Origin: Basidiobolus meristosporus CBS 931.73
Taxonomy: Eukaryota; Fungi; Basidiobolomycota
Reading direction: 5' to 3'
Assembly: GCA_002104905.1 (NCBI GenBank)
Contig: MCFE01000453.1
Span: forward strand, 1 to 64,000
Length of the DNA: 64,000 nt
This document shows positions 24,974 to 38,810 of this stretch, in pieces. How positions within the stretch are numbered: the stretch's first letter is position 1; each line of letters starts with the position of its first letter. The position numbers were made by a program, and so were the translations under genes. Below the pieces are notes generated by a model that worked only from the letters and a program-made list of their open reading frames with translations, was not told the origin of the DNA and ran no database searches.

Positions 24974-27900
24974 CTCCTCTAGATGTATGCCAGGGAAGAC
25001 TGTTCAGGAGAGAAGAGAAAGGTTGAATACAAATATCTAGGCTTTGCCGAGCGAGGCTAAATCCACAGTCGGGCTTTTAATACTTTCCATGGGCAATGAT
25101 TGGCGATGGCCATCAGGCCCAGCTGCTATATTTCTCCTTATTGGCAATGTGATATGAGCTAATGTTCAGAATAGTAGATACGGGCTATTGTTTGTGCTGT
25201 GGAAATTGCAATAGGAATGGCTCCCCATATGTTTCATTTGGCACTTCGCTTAGATTACCTTATGCCATCCACATATGTCAGCACTGATCTGATACAATCG
25301 GTTGAGACGAATGGTTACAATCATCCTAGTAAAATAAGCTCCAGGCCAAGACAACAGCTTAATAAAGACCGACTCGGGGGTGTGGTTGTGCATTGGGATC
25401 GATTGTTCGTGGCTACTTCATTACCACTCACATGGGTCTTGGCGGATACGGTTCAGGAACTTCCATGACCTAGATCCAGCCCGCGGGCTGGAAACAACTC
25501 TAAGTTAGACCCTCGGCGAGATCTCTGGTTGATGTTGGCTGCCGATCAAAACCCTAGGTTAATGGAGCCAACGACGAGTCGGCCGCCTCGTTCCATTAAT
25601 TCGTTCAGGTTAGGGAGGACTTCATTCCATTGCCATCGGACGCTAGTAGGTTGCTTGGTAGGGGCAGGCCCATCTCTGTCAGATCACTGTGCGCTTACTA
25701 ATAGCTGAGCCCACTGGTGCACCTACAGGCTGCAGCCGGGATGCTTGAGTTGAACTGCCGCTTTGCAGTCACCGTGGTTCAGGACCCAATCGTCTACGAG
25801 GAGGCAGATTGATCTAAATTTTCTCAGGATCAATTAACATATCTTGCAGGCGATCAAGACCTGCTGTGCACTGGGCCCTGGGCTTGGCCTATGATGGTTG
25901 AGAATGAGAGAATCAGCAGCCAGCCCCCGTTCAATCCTTGCATGCTTTCTAACTGCCTGTTCCAGATATGACGAGAAACGCCGAATAAGGCAATGAAAAG
26001 CAGCTGCCCAGCCAGGCATACATTGATGCACCATCAATAAGCCTGACACAGTGATAAACGATCAGGCCTAAAGCCAACCGAGATTGCAGTGGCGCCTTGG
26101 AAGTGGTGGTGGATTAGGCGCTGTTTACACTGCTTTCCATTTAGGTCGATTGCATTGAAGTCTTTTGCAATCATGCTAGTGAAACCTGCTCAGTGGCCCC
26201 TATTCCTTAGCCGACGGCCAGCCTGATTGCTGCATGTACGATGGGGTACGCAGCGCAGACTTTTCCTGTTGATTAGGCTCCGATGTGATGTTGATCCAAG
26301 CATCCCAAATCCCTTCCCTCCGTGGTCAAGAATTAGGGCGTGGATTCGGTTGGTCTAGCAGGCCAGTGTTCTGATGAGGTTGCAGACTGGGTTCTTGTGG
26401 ATGGACCAAGGAGGAAACGGACGCGTACTGTGGTTGGAGACACGCTTACCCTATTCCCAAGCTTGCATGGATATTCTTACAAATCAGCATCACGGGGTCG
26501 TTCATGCGACCTGGCCCATTAGGCTTTAATCTATTGGACTTTTTCGGGCGTTGGACGAGGAACCCCCAATTAAATTAAATTGCCTTTTCATCTCATGTCC
26601 TGATGGCTGGCCCATGAAACAATTATGCACATTCGGGCTAGGACGCATTACAATGCATGTGGAGTTTCGCCGGGCTATCAAATCTGAGCATGCTTGGTGG
26701 CTTAAACTAGTTCACCCCATGATGCCGTTTGCACATGTGTTTAAAATCAAGATGTTTACGTATCTGTCTTCACATAAATGTCTTTGCAATGGTGATCTTC
26801 AAGCCTCCTTCTGTGATGGATGGGTTTCGACCGATTTCCAGCTTTTCAGCGTCAATAAGCAGTCAATCCGATCGTACAGCGGCCGTCCAATGGATATTCG
26901 AGGCTATCCATAAGACGCTGTCGACGAGGATGGAGACGTATGACGGACATGGCCATGTTGCAGATGCATCATTCCTCATCAATTGGTATCTACTAGGTGT
27001 AAGATGGATTTTTTTCCAACGTCTTCAAACCCCTTCCTTCGAATATCCCGAAGCCATTATCTCATTTAGGCCTTAGGAGACGAATGAAGGTGCAAAACCA
27101 CCTTCCTGGACGACTCCCCTAGTAGATCGTATGATAGCCCCTGGCATCCGATCATACATGGATCATGGCTATTTGCCAACCACGTGCCAAAAGGTGGAGG
27201 CCTCGAATTTCGCAGGTATGTACCAGGCATTGTACACTCCACTTGCAATCTTTCAGAGGATATTCGCATCCACAAGATTCCGAAACGTCAACTTCCAATC
27301 AATTGAATCAGCAAGCAGTCACAGCCGGTCATCATCCATGCTGGATTTGGCATGGCTTAATCATCAACCGATTGTTTTCGTCTTAGTTCGCAGGTGTGGT
27401 TCTTCAGAAGCTTGCTGTATTCGGCTGTGCCTTGATACGAACGGCCAATTTCACCATTTCATTCTAGACAAATATCCCGCATGTGGGAATCCTCACAACG
27501 CCTTACCAAACTGGCATTTGAGTCACGTTGAACATCCAGGACAAGAGCCCAACCACGTCTGTGCCACTCTTTCATGCTATTGGGAATTCATTCCACAAGT
27601 ACAGTGTCTAAGCATTTCATTGGCGTGTTTTAAAGTAGCTCAAGCGTCTTCTACTACCGCTTTAATGCATTCTACTTTGTGCCAGAACACCAATAGACAG
27701 ATGAAATGTCCACAGTCACTCGGAGAGATGCTTCCCATACTTGGAATTTTGCATATTTATTGTATATATATGGCACTCCACATTTTCGGCTGACTCTCCC
27801 ATTCAATCGCCAAGTTCTTGGAACCAATCTGCTTTTCACTGGGGACTTTTGAGGGGTGCACGCTTAGCGAATAAGCCATTCAACATTTGACTCCAGTGGT

Positions 27901-28062
27901 TCATCATACTGGGGAACGACTAAATGAAGAATCAAACCAAAAAGCTTGGCCACCAGGGAAATGAGTGGCAAATAATTGGTGGGGCATTCGCCAGTAGTGT
28001 GGAGAATGATCCCTATTGATGTAGGCGACGGTTGCCAAGTTCGTCAGCAGTAGAATTCCTTT

Positions 28063-29682
28063 TTAGCACGGCACTGCTTCGATGATTGATAAGACTGATC
28101 TGATCTTCCAGGCTCTACGAAACTTGAATCCCGAGGATTTCAGTAGAGACGAGAATTCCGTTTCACTGCGCTCTTTCGACCAAAAATACACTGCCATCAT
28201 GAGATCCAACTGATTGGCAAAACGCTCGTTGACATTGGCATCCTTTGACATATTGACATCTGCTATCAACAGAGTCCCATTTGGTGGGATGACTGATCTG
28301 ATGTTCTTCAGTATCTGGGTTACCTCCGAGTCGGCCCAATCGTGAAGAATCCATCTCATGAAGTATACATCCGCACCTGGACAAACTGATTCGAAGAAGT
28401 TGCCTATAAATAGAAAGATTACTGATTGCAGACAATTCACAGTGTCGGTTATCAATACCTGATTGAAATGCAACACGATCCAGCAGCTCGGGATAGTCTA
28501 TTTTCCATACCTACACAAGTCATAATCAGGCTTACGAAGAAGTGAGGAAGGAAAAGAGGGTAGAGCAGGTACTGGTTTCGCCTGTTCAATCGTCGCCGCT
28601 CTGTCGAAGAGCTTCCCCCGAAGCTCAGTGCGGTTTTTGAGAAGGTAGCGCAGAAATCCACCAGTGCCACCACCGATATCCGCAACCGTTTGGCCATTGT
28701 GGCGACTCCAGTCGTAGTCTGAGTGGTGGATGGAATGTTAGCATGGCTGGCCAAGTGATGATCACCAGGTATATCATTAGCAACCTTCAACCAGTCCGAA
28801 ATTGGTCAGATCAGACAACCCGATCATGGCATCCGAAAAGACTTTGACCATGTGTCTGTTCTCTGGTTTCTCGTAATGAACCCACATAGAGTCGTCGGTA
28901 TCGAAATACTCCGAGAATACTGTCCGTTTTTGATTCGGATCCAGTGCATGATGGAATTTGGTCCACACATTGTAATTCTCGCCAGGCCTAAGTCGATAGT
29001 TACTTAAACGTCAACATTTGGCATGCAACGTGTCTCATAGCTACCAGTATGTCACCCAACCAAGCTGACTTCGCGGATGGTCGGAGCGGAGGAAGTCAGA
29101 GGTTCTGTTGTTGGCATAGATTCTCGATCCCGCTTCGGTCTCTTGGAATAGTCCCAGCCGAATGCTGGTGCGAAGAACTCGCTCTGTGACAGGATCAGTC
29201 GGTTAGAAATGTATGGATCAGTGACCTTGCTGAGTCATGGTTACATGAGGAGAAATAGTCATGAAGGCTACCAAGGCCAACGAGCCAAAGATCAACTCAC
29301 CAAGCATATCTGGCTTAGCATTCACTTTTTGCGCCAATTCGTCCAAGTGCAGCGGGCCATCCTGGAGTGCATCGGCAACTCGATAATTACCCAACTCGGA
29401 AACGGCCTTGCTCTCTATGTAGGATCCGGCAATCTGGGCTATACGTGTGGTCGGAGGCAAGATCCTACTCTGCAGGTGATCCAATGAGCACGACAATTGT
29501 TGGGCTGCTTTCCAAGCTTCCAAGGATAAGTTGGACTGGTCACAGCAAGTGGTGTCAGACTCGGTGTACTGGTCGAGTTCATCCAACTTTTCGGTGACCT
29601 GAGCGATCCTCTTGCTCAGCTCTTCGAAGATCTGTACTAATATGACCGAAGGGTTTATTTCGGGATTAACGGATGGACTCAT
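28063..29682 (-). CDS. Class II O-methyltransferase (Methyltransf_2), copy 1, 6 exons
   Basis: N-terminal dimerisation wHTH (VADALQDGPLHLDELAQKV), VADIGGGTGG SAM motif, LFDR, G(N)FF, YFMRWILHDW, DLMM...KER. Five GT-AG introns restore the frame. Confidence 0.88.
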
Positions 29683-30014
29683 CTTGGGTGTTTGCTCTGA
29701 ATTGGAAGCCTTGCCTTCATCATGGAAACCTGCCGTATTTTATATATACTTCGAGACGAATATCCCCGTCGAAATGCATAGGCAGACGGTAAAAACAGCG
29801 GTCAGTTTGTTGAACTCACTTACGATGTGGTTGCTTCAGGGTATGACTGAAACAAGTTTGGGAGCCGATTATTTCGCGGTACTAAGCATAATGATGTGAA
29901 TCCCTGCGGGTTCATAAACTTCTCGTTTCTTAGTTGGCACTCAGGAAAATTCATGTGCATTGCCAACTCTAGAAATTTGCTTTCCCTAGTTGGGAGTCTA
30001 GACACAATACATAT

Positions 30015-30536
30015 TTGCACGTAGAGTTGGGAATAAAGGCAGGTATTTGGAAATCTTATGAAGCCTTGAGTGTATTTCCTGTTGATGAAATGTTTGCAGA
30101 TATATTCACAAAACCAGTAGCTAGAGATGAATCTGAATATCTTGGATTACAATTAGGCCCAATTAATATGGATATTCAGTTAAATTGGGGTGTTGTAAGT
30201 TTTATAATTGCACCTAAACACTCACCTAACTTAGTCACTTAGATCATAGCTCACAAGGTTTGGAGAACTCTCTCCAAATTCCCCATTGGGATGTACTTCC
30301 AATATCTCATCAACATATCTGGTACCCAGAGTATGAAAAATCTCTAAGTTGTCCAAAGAGCCCTAAATCTGCCTACAAGCTATTGGGACCTACCAAAATA
30401 TATTCTACATGGCTGTTTTGTCATGACCATGTAAATGCATAAATACCACTTTCATATTCCACAAATCTTAAAGCACAAGTGACAAAACTTACTTGCTCAC
30501 CCAATCACTGCTGATGTCTGTAAAACTTGTACAACA
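30015..30536 (+). mobile_element. 3' remnant of a Ty1/Copia element: RNase H C-terminus, polypurine-like tract and 3' LTR (30191-30536)
   Basis: PVDEMFADIFTKPV matches the Copia RNase H end. ttgggg abuts an LTR starting TGTTGTAAG and ending TACAACA. Confidence 0.75.
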
Positions 30537-30936
30537 AAGATCATATAGTGAGCTCAAGAGTCCCCATTCTTTGCATACCACTGTCTGGGATCTGCATTAA
30601 GGCATTATTTCAAGTTCTTGGTAAATCTTGCTTTAAGTGTACACACCTTATTTAAACTCAAAATGTAAGCAGAAGTCTATTAATCAGCTCTTCTACCAAA
30701 AGAAAAATAACACACTTGGAGTTTATTTGATAATCTGCCAGCATTCTGCTTGTTTTTTGTTTGAATTTTAGTTGTAACTCCTGGTAGAAGCTGAGGGTAG
30801 CTGATTACCAGATTGGGTATAAATGGTAGCTAGCTTAGTCTCCTCCTAGAAAGTAAAACTGCTTGTCTGCCAAATAGCTGGTACTTGAGACACTGAGAGT
30901 TGTAAGTTTGGAGAAAATTAGAAATCTACTTATGTT

Positions 30937-31285
30937 TGTTGTAAAAATCTGTAATTCCAACTAAATATTCATCTAACTTGGTCACTTAGACTATTACCTA
31001 CAAATCTTAGAGAATACTCAGTAGATTCCTTGTTGAGACCTACTTGGAATAGTTTTACCAAGATATCAGGTACTCATATCATGACAATTCTCAAAGTTGC
31101 CCAAGCAGCCCCAAGCTTTACTAACATGCTCTTGGGATCTTTCTAAACATACTCTGCATGTTTTTTATGCTAGGATCATATAAAAGTTTAAACACTACTT
31201 TTACATTCAATAAATCATTAAATGAAAGCCATATATTCTACTTTTTCTGCCAATCACTTCCAATATCTCCAAGACTCTTACAACA
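30937..31285 (+). mobile_element. Copia-family LTR (349 bp)
   Basis: TGTTGTAA...CTTACAACA termini, colinear with 50820-51168. No matching TSD. Confidence 0.75.
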
Positions 31286-32729
31286 TAATCCTCATCATTT
31301 TGGGTTTACTATCAGTTTCACAGTATTAGAGCTGGAATCAACAAAGGTAGTGGCTGGGAGTATGCTTGCAAAATATATATGCTAGCAGTCAATACACAAT
31401 ATTGAGGATCATGGGAAATAATTTGCTAAACTAAAATAGTTGCATGACATTCACTTGTTGCATTGTTGAGCTCAAATAGAGTATATATACTTTTAAGAGA
31501 ACCTTGCAAGAACATTGATCAGAGCTGCTTTAAAAAGGCTACAGGAAGCTGTGTGCAAAGCCTGGAAGATTTCAAGTAAGCTTGAGATTATTGATAGATC
31601 ATCAACTAGAACTTAAGAGAATAATTCATAACTTGGCAATTAGCCAAGTAGAAGCATACAATATGCAAGTGGTTCAGGAGTAAGCAAAATCTTGTTAAAA
31701 TATTCACATCCTGATTCAAGCTGTAAACTATGTATTCACATCAACACTTGGCAAACTAGTAATAAGTTATGATTTTGCTAAAAGGTATGTACATAGCACT
31801 ATTTGAGGAGTAGCAGAAGCAATATTACTTTAAAAACCTGCATCTTAGCAGCACTATCTAAGCCACTACCAGCAAAAATACTAATGTTGTGAGTCTATGT
31901 GAGAGCTGCTAGAATGTCAGTATATATCTTTAAGCACATAACCACCAGAGAAAGAAACACATACCTACAGGCCATTCTGATGTTAATTTCTCTGTAATCT
32001 GATAGTGTCCACTACGTATATCCACCTGTAAGTAATTATTTTCATATGAAATGATCACTTGTAAGGCTCACTGCACATTGTGTATATCTACAGTGGTCAA
32101 GTTATTTGCAATCTGCAGGCAGTGAAGATATTGAAAATCCTTCAAATCAGGAAGAAGGACTACAAGCAATCATAATGCCAATACTAACAGTACTTTGGAA
32201 TATGGTACTAGCCTACATCAAGACAGCAGTGTGGCTGTAGCATATAAGGGCCAAAAGGATTGATGTTGTAGACCATTGAAACCAGGTATCCATCCAGAAG
32301 AAGGATGAGCAAATGATGCATATAAAGCAATATATATGCTAAGTAGAGAGTGAAATACAATTGCAATAATAAAGGGACTTCATTGGCCCATTGCATATCT
32401 TTCATAAAGTAACTGACTAACTACTTGGAATTATTGCATTGCAAACCAGCAAAAGCTCTTTTGAATAAAGTTGAGATGAGAGTGCAATTCAAAGCTGTAG
32501 AAGCTTACTTTATGTACTGTCCAATTACTGAAAAGGCTGCAGCATATTAACAATACTGATAGCAAGAGACAAACCTGAATAAATGAGATTTATGAAATTT
32601 TCACCAAGATATTTAGTACACAGAGTAAGAAAATACTTTAGGTTATCCAAAAGCGCCTGAACCTTGCACACATATTCATATAGCCTTCCAAGTGATATTG
32701 TCAGTGTCTTCCTTGCCAAGACTAAACAA

Positions 32730-32830
32730 GAGTATAAATACCACTTTTACATTCAATATACCAATTGAGTGAGAACTACATAGTTTACTTGTACTGCCAA
32801 TCACCTCTAATAAACCAAAGACTCGCAACA
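32730..32830 (+). repeat. 3' fragment of the same Copia LTR family
   Basis: gtataaataccacttttacattcaat...ctacatagtttac...agactcgcaaca aligns with the LTR 3' third. Confidence 0.55.
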
Positions 32831-32894
32831 GCGGCCCATATAGATTCATTCATACCTCCAACTAAAGGTAACGAATCAGCTATATATCATAATG

Positions 32895-33455
32895 CCATAC
32901 AAATGGTAGCGAGCAAAAAGCATAAGTCAGAAATGAGGATAGCAATTCAATCCCTGATCTGGCCTGCAGGAATACTGCTATGCACCAAAGAGTCCTTGGA
33001 TTGGTAGGTGGCTAAATGATAATTAATGGAGCTGAGTTGGTCTGGATTCAGGTCACGGTATCGAATGCTAGCTTTGTGAACATCAATCACAAGTGAATGA
33101 ACGGAGCCATCGATTGGGTGTACAGAGCATGTCATGAGCTCGTTGTCCCGCGTTTCACCGGAGTGAGGAGAAACCCGCATGATTGGTACAAGAAACATTC
33201 ATGTAGGAAACGTAGCACAGCGCATGGATGCGAGCAGAGTACTGGCGCACAGTCAGCCAGCCTATGGCCGGTCAAATCAGGTAATGCGCTAACTGTGTCT
33301 GGCAAAGTGAACATCCAAGCTATTAAGAGCATAAGAGATACACGCCATCATCACTCGATTGTTGCCAATACAGAGGTTGGATAGCGTTATACGGTTGCCA
33401 AAAATGGAACCTTTATTGTGGTATAGCTTCAATAACTGACAAAGCAGCACGAAGT
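32895..33455. repeat. ~560-bp segment duplicated at ~37985-38553 (downstream flank and last codons of OMT copy 2)
   Basis: High-identity direct repeat including ...gtatagcttcaataactgacaaagcagcacgaagtt. Confidence 0.85.
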
Positions 33456-34958
33456 TTCCAAACCTTACGAAGTTGGAATCCGGCTGCTTCTAAAACATGT
33501 GAAAACTCTTCTTCCTTACGCTCCTTTGTCCAGAACAATTCTGCCATCATCAGATCTAACTGATTGGCAAACCGGTCGTTGACCTTGGCATCCTTTGACA
33601 TAACTATATCTGCTAACAACAGAGTCCCATTGTGTGGAATAGCTGTTCTGATGCTCTTCAGTATCTGGGTTGCTTCCGAGTCGGACCAGTTGTGGATAGT
33701 CCATCTCAGAAAATACACTTGCGCGCCTGGACAAACTGATTCGAAGAAATCTCCTGGAAATTGAGTTGTTAATGACTGCATAGGAGCGCTAGCTTCAATT
33801 AGTAGTACCATAATGGAAGGTTATCCGATCCAGCAGCTCGGGATAGTCTTTTTCCCATGCCTACATCAGTCAGCATTAGTCTTGGGGAGAAGTCAAGAAG
33901 GAAACGAGAGTTGTGTATGTACTGGCTTCGCCTGTTCAATCACGGCCTCTCTGTCGAAGAGCTTCCCCCGAAGCTCAGTGCGGTTTTTGAGAAGGTAGCG
34001 CAGAAATCCACCAGTGCCACCACCGATATCTGCAACCGTTTGGCCATTGTGGCGACTCCAGTCGTAGTCTGAGTGGTGGATGGAATATTAGCATGGCTGG
34101 CCAAGTGATGATCACCAGGTATATCATTAGCAACCTTCAACCAGTCCGAAATTGGTCAGCTCAGACAACCCAATCATGGCATCCGAAAAGACTTTGACCA
34201 TGTGCCTGTTCTCTGGTTTCTCGTAATGGGCCCATATCGAGTCGTCAGTATTGAAATACTCAGAAAATGCAGTTCTCTGTTGTTCAGGGTCTAGTGTGCA
34301 CTGTAACTTGGTTGTAATTTCAAAGCCATCACCAGCCCTTTGTGGATAGAATGCTATCTTAGTTGAATTAAAGGAGTAATGGAATTCTCATTCTTACCAG
34401 AAATTCACCCATCCACGCTGGGTTTCGGGGTGGAGTGAGCAAAGAAAGTCAGAAACCCTATTATTGGCATAGGTGCTTGACCCCACCTCGGTTTCTTGAA
34501 ATAAACCCATACGAATGCCTGTGCGAAGTGCCCTTTCTACAATTTGAGCAGTAAAATCGAGCTTAGGTTGTGTTGGCCACTTAAAATGTGGAACCATAAA
34601 TTTACGTACCAAGCATCTCTGGTCTGGCATTTACTCTTTGTGCCAATTCATTCAAGTGTAGAGGGCCTTGCTGGAGAGCGTCAGCGACACCATATTTGCA
34701 CAATGCGAAAAGAGCTCTGCTCTCCATATAGGAGCCAGCAAGTTGAGTGATACGTATAGTTGGCGGCAGAATGCTAGACTGCAGGTGATCCAACACGCAG
34801 CATAGCTGGTGTACGGCCTTCCACGTATCTAAAGATTGGATGTACTTCTCGGGACGATCATTCTCAGCACCATGAAACAGGTCAAGATCCTCGATCTTTC
34901 CGGCTATCTGAGTAATCTGGTTGGCCAATTCTTCAAACACCTTCTCTTTAGTCGCCAT
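33413..34958 (-). CDS. Class II O-methyltransferase, copy 2 (divergent 5' half), 6 exons
   Basis: Likely start MATKEKVFEELANQ. Same intron positions as the other copies, DIGGGTGG exon nearly identical to them, GDFF, RWTIHNW. Confidence 0.85.
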
Positions 34959-35677
34959 GCTTACACTAAGATTGATAAAGGTGCTAATATAAGAGGAATA
35001 TAAGGTCTCTTCGAATGTTATATACTCCAAATTTTGGGTTTCTGAGTCACTGCGATATGCAACTCTAAGAAACGAAGTAAAAGTCCAGTCCTTATTATCA
35101 ACAAATGGATCATACACTTGGGTAGGACTTGCCACAATTAGAGTATTACTAATACTGAAGCGTGCCACGTAGATCGAAGCTCGAAATAGACCAATACTGT
35201 AGCAGGTTATATGCATCATAGTAGTACCATGTTATTTCATACATGTAACGTTAAAGCAGCCATCGCTCTGTATATGTAAATCTTCTCGGATCATTTTCCA
35301 TTACAGATGCAATTGTGTTCTCACGATTTTACCACTTTTCAGTTGCCTATAGATGACGCGGGAATCGTGGTGCATCTGAAGCAAAGTACGTATGCGTTTG
35401 TTTCCGTTCAATCAGAGGGGGTTCGAATTGAATAGTATGTAGTCGGGCTCCTTGGCCCATGCCAATCCACATAATGAACTTTGGCTGCTTGTTGTTTGAC
35501 AGAACATGGGATTACCACCTATGGACAGCTTTTTAGCCATCATACTCGCTTTGCAAGCGGTTCATCATATTTCTCAGACTAGAGTTTATTTCATAAGAAC
35601 CTGTTTCAATATCTATAGATTCCTAAACATGGAAGTGGTCTCTAACTGCTAACAAACCACAGCACACTAGTTCTACC

Positions 35678-37296
35678 TTAGCATGGCACGGCCTCAATGA
35701 TCGATGAAAAGGCCCGCAGCTGCCAGACTCTACTAAACCTGAACCCTGAGGATTGAAAAAGATATTTGAACTCCTTCTCGTTGCGCTCCTTAGCCCAGGA
35801 GCTTGCTCCCATCATGAGATCCATTTGATTCGCTATGCGATCACTGGTATTGGCATCTCTCGACATAACAATATCTGCTATCAGCAGTAGTCCGTTTGGA
35901 GGGATAGCTGCTCTGACACACTTAAGTATCTGAATTGACTGCTCGTCAGTCCAGTCATGAAGAATCCATCTCATGAAGTATACATCCGCACCTGGACAAA
36001 CTGATTTGAAGAAGTCGCCTGGAAATAGGGGCGTTAGTGGGTGTAGACAAGCAAAAGCATTGGCTGGTAATACCCGGCTGAAAGGTGACACGATCCAGCA
36101 GCTCGGGGTGGTTTTTTTCCCATGCCTACATCAGTCAGCATTAGTCTTGGGGAGAAGTCAAGAAGGAGACGAGAGCAGTGTATGTACCGGTTTCGCCTGC
36201 TCAATCACGGCCTCTCTGTCGAAGAGCTTCCCCCGAAGCTCAGTGCGGTTTTTGAGAAGGTAGCGCAGAAATCCACCAGTGCCACCACCGATATCTGCAA
36301 CCGTTTGGCCATTGTGACGACTCCAGTCGTAGTCTGAGTGGTGGATGGAATGTTAGCATGGCTGGCCAAGTGATGATCACCAGGTATATCATTAGCAACC
36401 TTCAACCAGTCCGAAATTGGTCAGCTCAGACAACCCGATCATGGAATCCGAAAAGACTTTGATCATGTGTCTGTTCTCTGGTTTCTCGTAATGAACCCAT
36501 ATCGAGTCGTCAGTATTGAAATACTCGGAGAACACTGTCCTTTTCTGATTTGGATCCAGTGCATGATGGAACTTAGTTAATGTATTATACTTCTCCTTAG
36601 ACCTAGATGAGAGTTGGGTCAATTTGATATGTCTACTATGCTACAATATTTAATTTACCAATAAACAATCCAGCCAAGCTGGCTTTTCGGATGATTGGAG
36701 CGAAGGAAGTCAGAGGTTCTGTTGTTGGCATAGATTCTTGATCCCACTTCGGTCTCTTGGAATAGTCCCAGCCGAATGCTGGTGCGAAGAACTCGCTCTG
36801 TGACAGGATCAGTCGGTTAGAAATGTATGGATCAGTGACCTTGCTGAGTCGTGGTTACATGAGGAGAAATAGTCATGAAGGCTACCAAGGCCAACGAGCC
36901 AAAGATCAACTCACCAAGCATATCTGGCTTAGCATTCACTTTTTGCGCCAATTCGTCCAAGTGCAGCGGGCCATCCTGGAGTGCATCGGCAACTCGATAA
37001 TTACCCAGCTCGGAAATGGCCTTGCTCTCTATGTAGGATCCGGCGAGCTGAGTTATATGTGTGGTCGGAGGCAAGATCCTACTTTGCAGGTGATCCAATG
37101 AGCACGACAATTGTTGGACTGCTTTCCAAGCTTCCAAGGATAAGTTGGATTGGCCACAACAGATGGTGGCAGCATCATTGTATATATCATGTTTCTCAAA
37201 TTCTTTGGCCACATAAGTAGCTAACTCATTTAACTTTTGACATAACTGGATTACCATGACGCTTACATCCGCATTGGTTTTACTTGTTGGACTCAT
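35678..37296 (-). CDS. Class II O-methyltransferase, copy 3, 6 exons
   Basis: Same exon structure. DIGGGTGG, GDFF, RWILHDW, DLMMGASSWAKER. Confidence 0.88.
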
Positions 37297-38509
37297 TTAC
37301 GGTGTTATTAATATACACAGATGTGGTCGTTATAGTAGCCTTATATATAGGGTATAGTGATTAGTAACCCTATGGTTACTCAATCGGATTATGGCATGAC
37401 TGAAACAAGTTTTGAAATTCATTATTTCGAAGTACTAATAATGGGAATAACTGTTCGTAAGTTTACCTAGTTCGTTGATTAACGCTGAAACACATCCGTA
37501 TTGCATCTCCAATTGCAATAGTATGCCATGTGAGGCTTAAAACGATTTTTCAAGTTGAGTTCAAATATATACATCCTGACATGCTGTCTAACTAGAGGGT
37601 CAGGGTTTTGCGTACTTCACAAAGCCAGTCAAAGGATGGGTTTCTACCAAAGTGTGATTAGGCTAATTTCATCAGGTTGCAAAGAATGAATAGCATGCTT
37701 CATGCCACCATTACTGATTGTTTGAAAGATGCGAGGGCTTCCTAAACGGGAATGTGGTGATAGACCATCGAGATACTAGTTCATTGCTAGGATCACTCAC
37801 AAGTCCGAATAAGAATCATAGCTTCTGCAGATTAAACTTCCCAGCCTTTTTCCGCGACTCTGCACACAGCATTATGATATCCAGTCCAAGGCAAACATGT
37901 GTAATGCGAAGTTGAATCAACGGAACTAGAAGTGACAGCAGCCCAATGGTTCCTGTATTGAGCATATATTATATACCACAGTGCGATACAAATGGTAGCC
38001 AGCAAAAAGTATGGATCATAAGTGAGGATAGCAATTCAATCCCTGATTTGGGCTGCAGGAATACTGCTGTGCACCAAAGAGTCCTTGGATTGGTAGGTGG
38101 CTAAATGATAATTAATGGAGCTGAGTTGGTCTGGATTCAGGTCACGGTATCGAATGCCAGCTTTGTGAACATCAATCAGAAGTGAATGAACGGAGCCATT
38201 GATTGGGTGTACAGAGCATGTCATGAGCTCGTTGTCCCGCGTTTCACCGGAGTGAGGAGAAACCCGCATGATTGGTACAAGAAACATTCATGTGGGAAAC
38301 GTAGCACAACGCATGGGGGCGAGCAGAGTGCTAGCGCACAGTCAGTCAGCCTATGGCCAGTCAAATCAGATCATGCGCTAACTGTGTCTGGAGAATGACA
38401 AAGTGAGCATCCGAGCAATTAAGAGCAGAAGAGATATACACGCCACCATCACTCGATTGTTGCCAATGCAGAGGTTGGATAGCGTTATACGGTTGCCAAA
38501 AATGGAACC

Positions 38510-38810
38510 TTTATTGTGGTATAGCTTCAATAACTGACAAAGCAGCACGAAGTTAAAATTCGCCTGCTTTATAATGTGACCTTTTCAGTATGTGGGTTGC
38601 TATCGATTCGGACCAGGTATGTATCATTTGACAATAGCAGGCTGAGTGGTGACACGATCCAGTAACCTGGGGTAATCTTTCTCCCATACCTACATCAATC
38701 AACGTTAGTCTTGTGCAAAAGTGAACAAGGAATATATAGTAGAACGGATACTTGTCTTGCCTGTCCAGCCAACCTCTCTCTGTCGAAGATCTTCCACAGA
38801 GCATTCAAAC
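38510..38810 (-). pseudogene. Deleted and frameshifted fifth O-methyltransferase copy
   Basis: Remnants of exon 4 (KIFDRERLAGQARQ then gt), exon 5 (VWEKDYPRLLDRVTTQP) and exon 6 (HTWSESIATHILK), fused to the last codons of a copy-2-type gene. Confidence 0.75.

Noticed and set aside
25475-25492. Perfect 18-bp palindrome TCCAGCCCGCGGGCTGGA about 500 nt upstream of the GPCR
   Set aside because: Roughly 0.2-0.25 such palindromes are expected by chance in 64 kb (64000/4^9), so it is not significant alone.
26551-27793. Overlapping 115-220 aa ORFs, including 27131-27793
   Set aside because: No motif, atypical composition and an alternative start codon. Possibly pseudogene debris, but not assignable.
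32947-33384. Small ORFs conserved between the duplicated flanks (32947-33198 and 38036-38287)
   Set aside because: Their conservation is explained by recent segmental duplication. No domain similarity was recognised.
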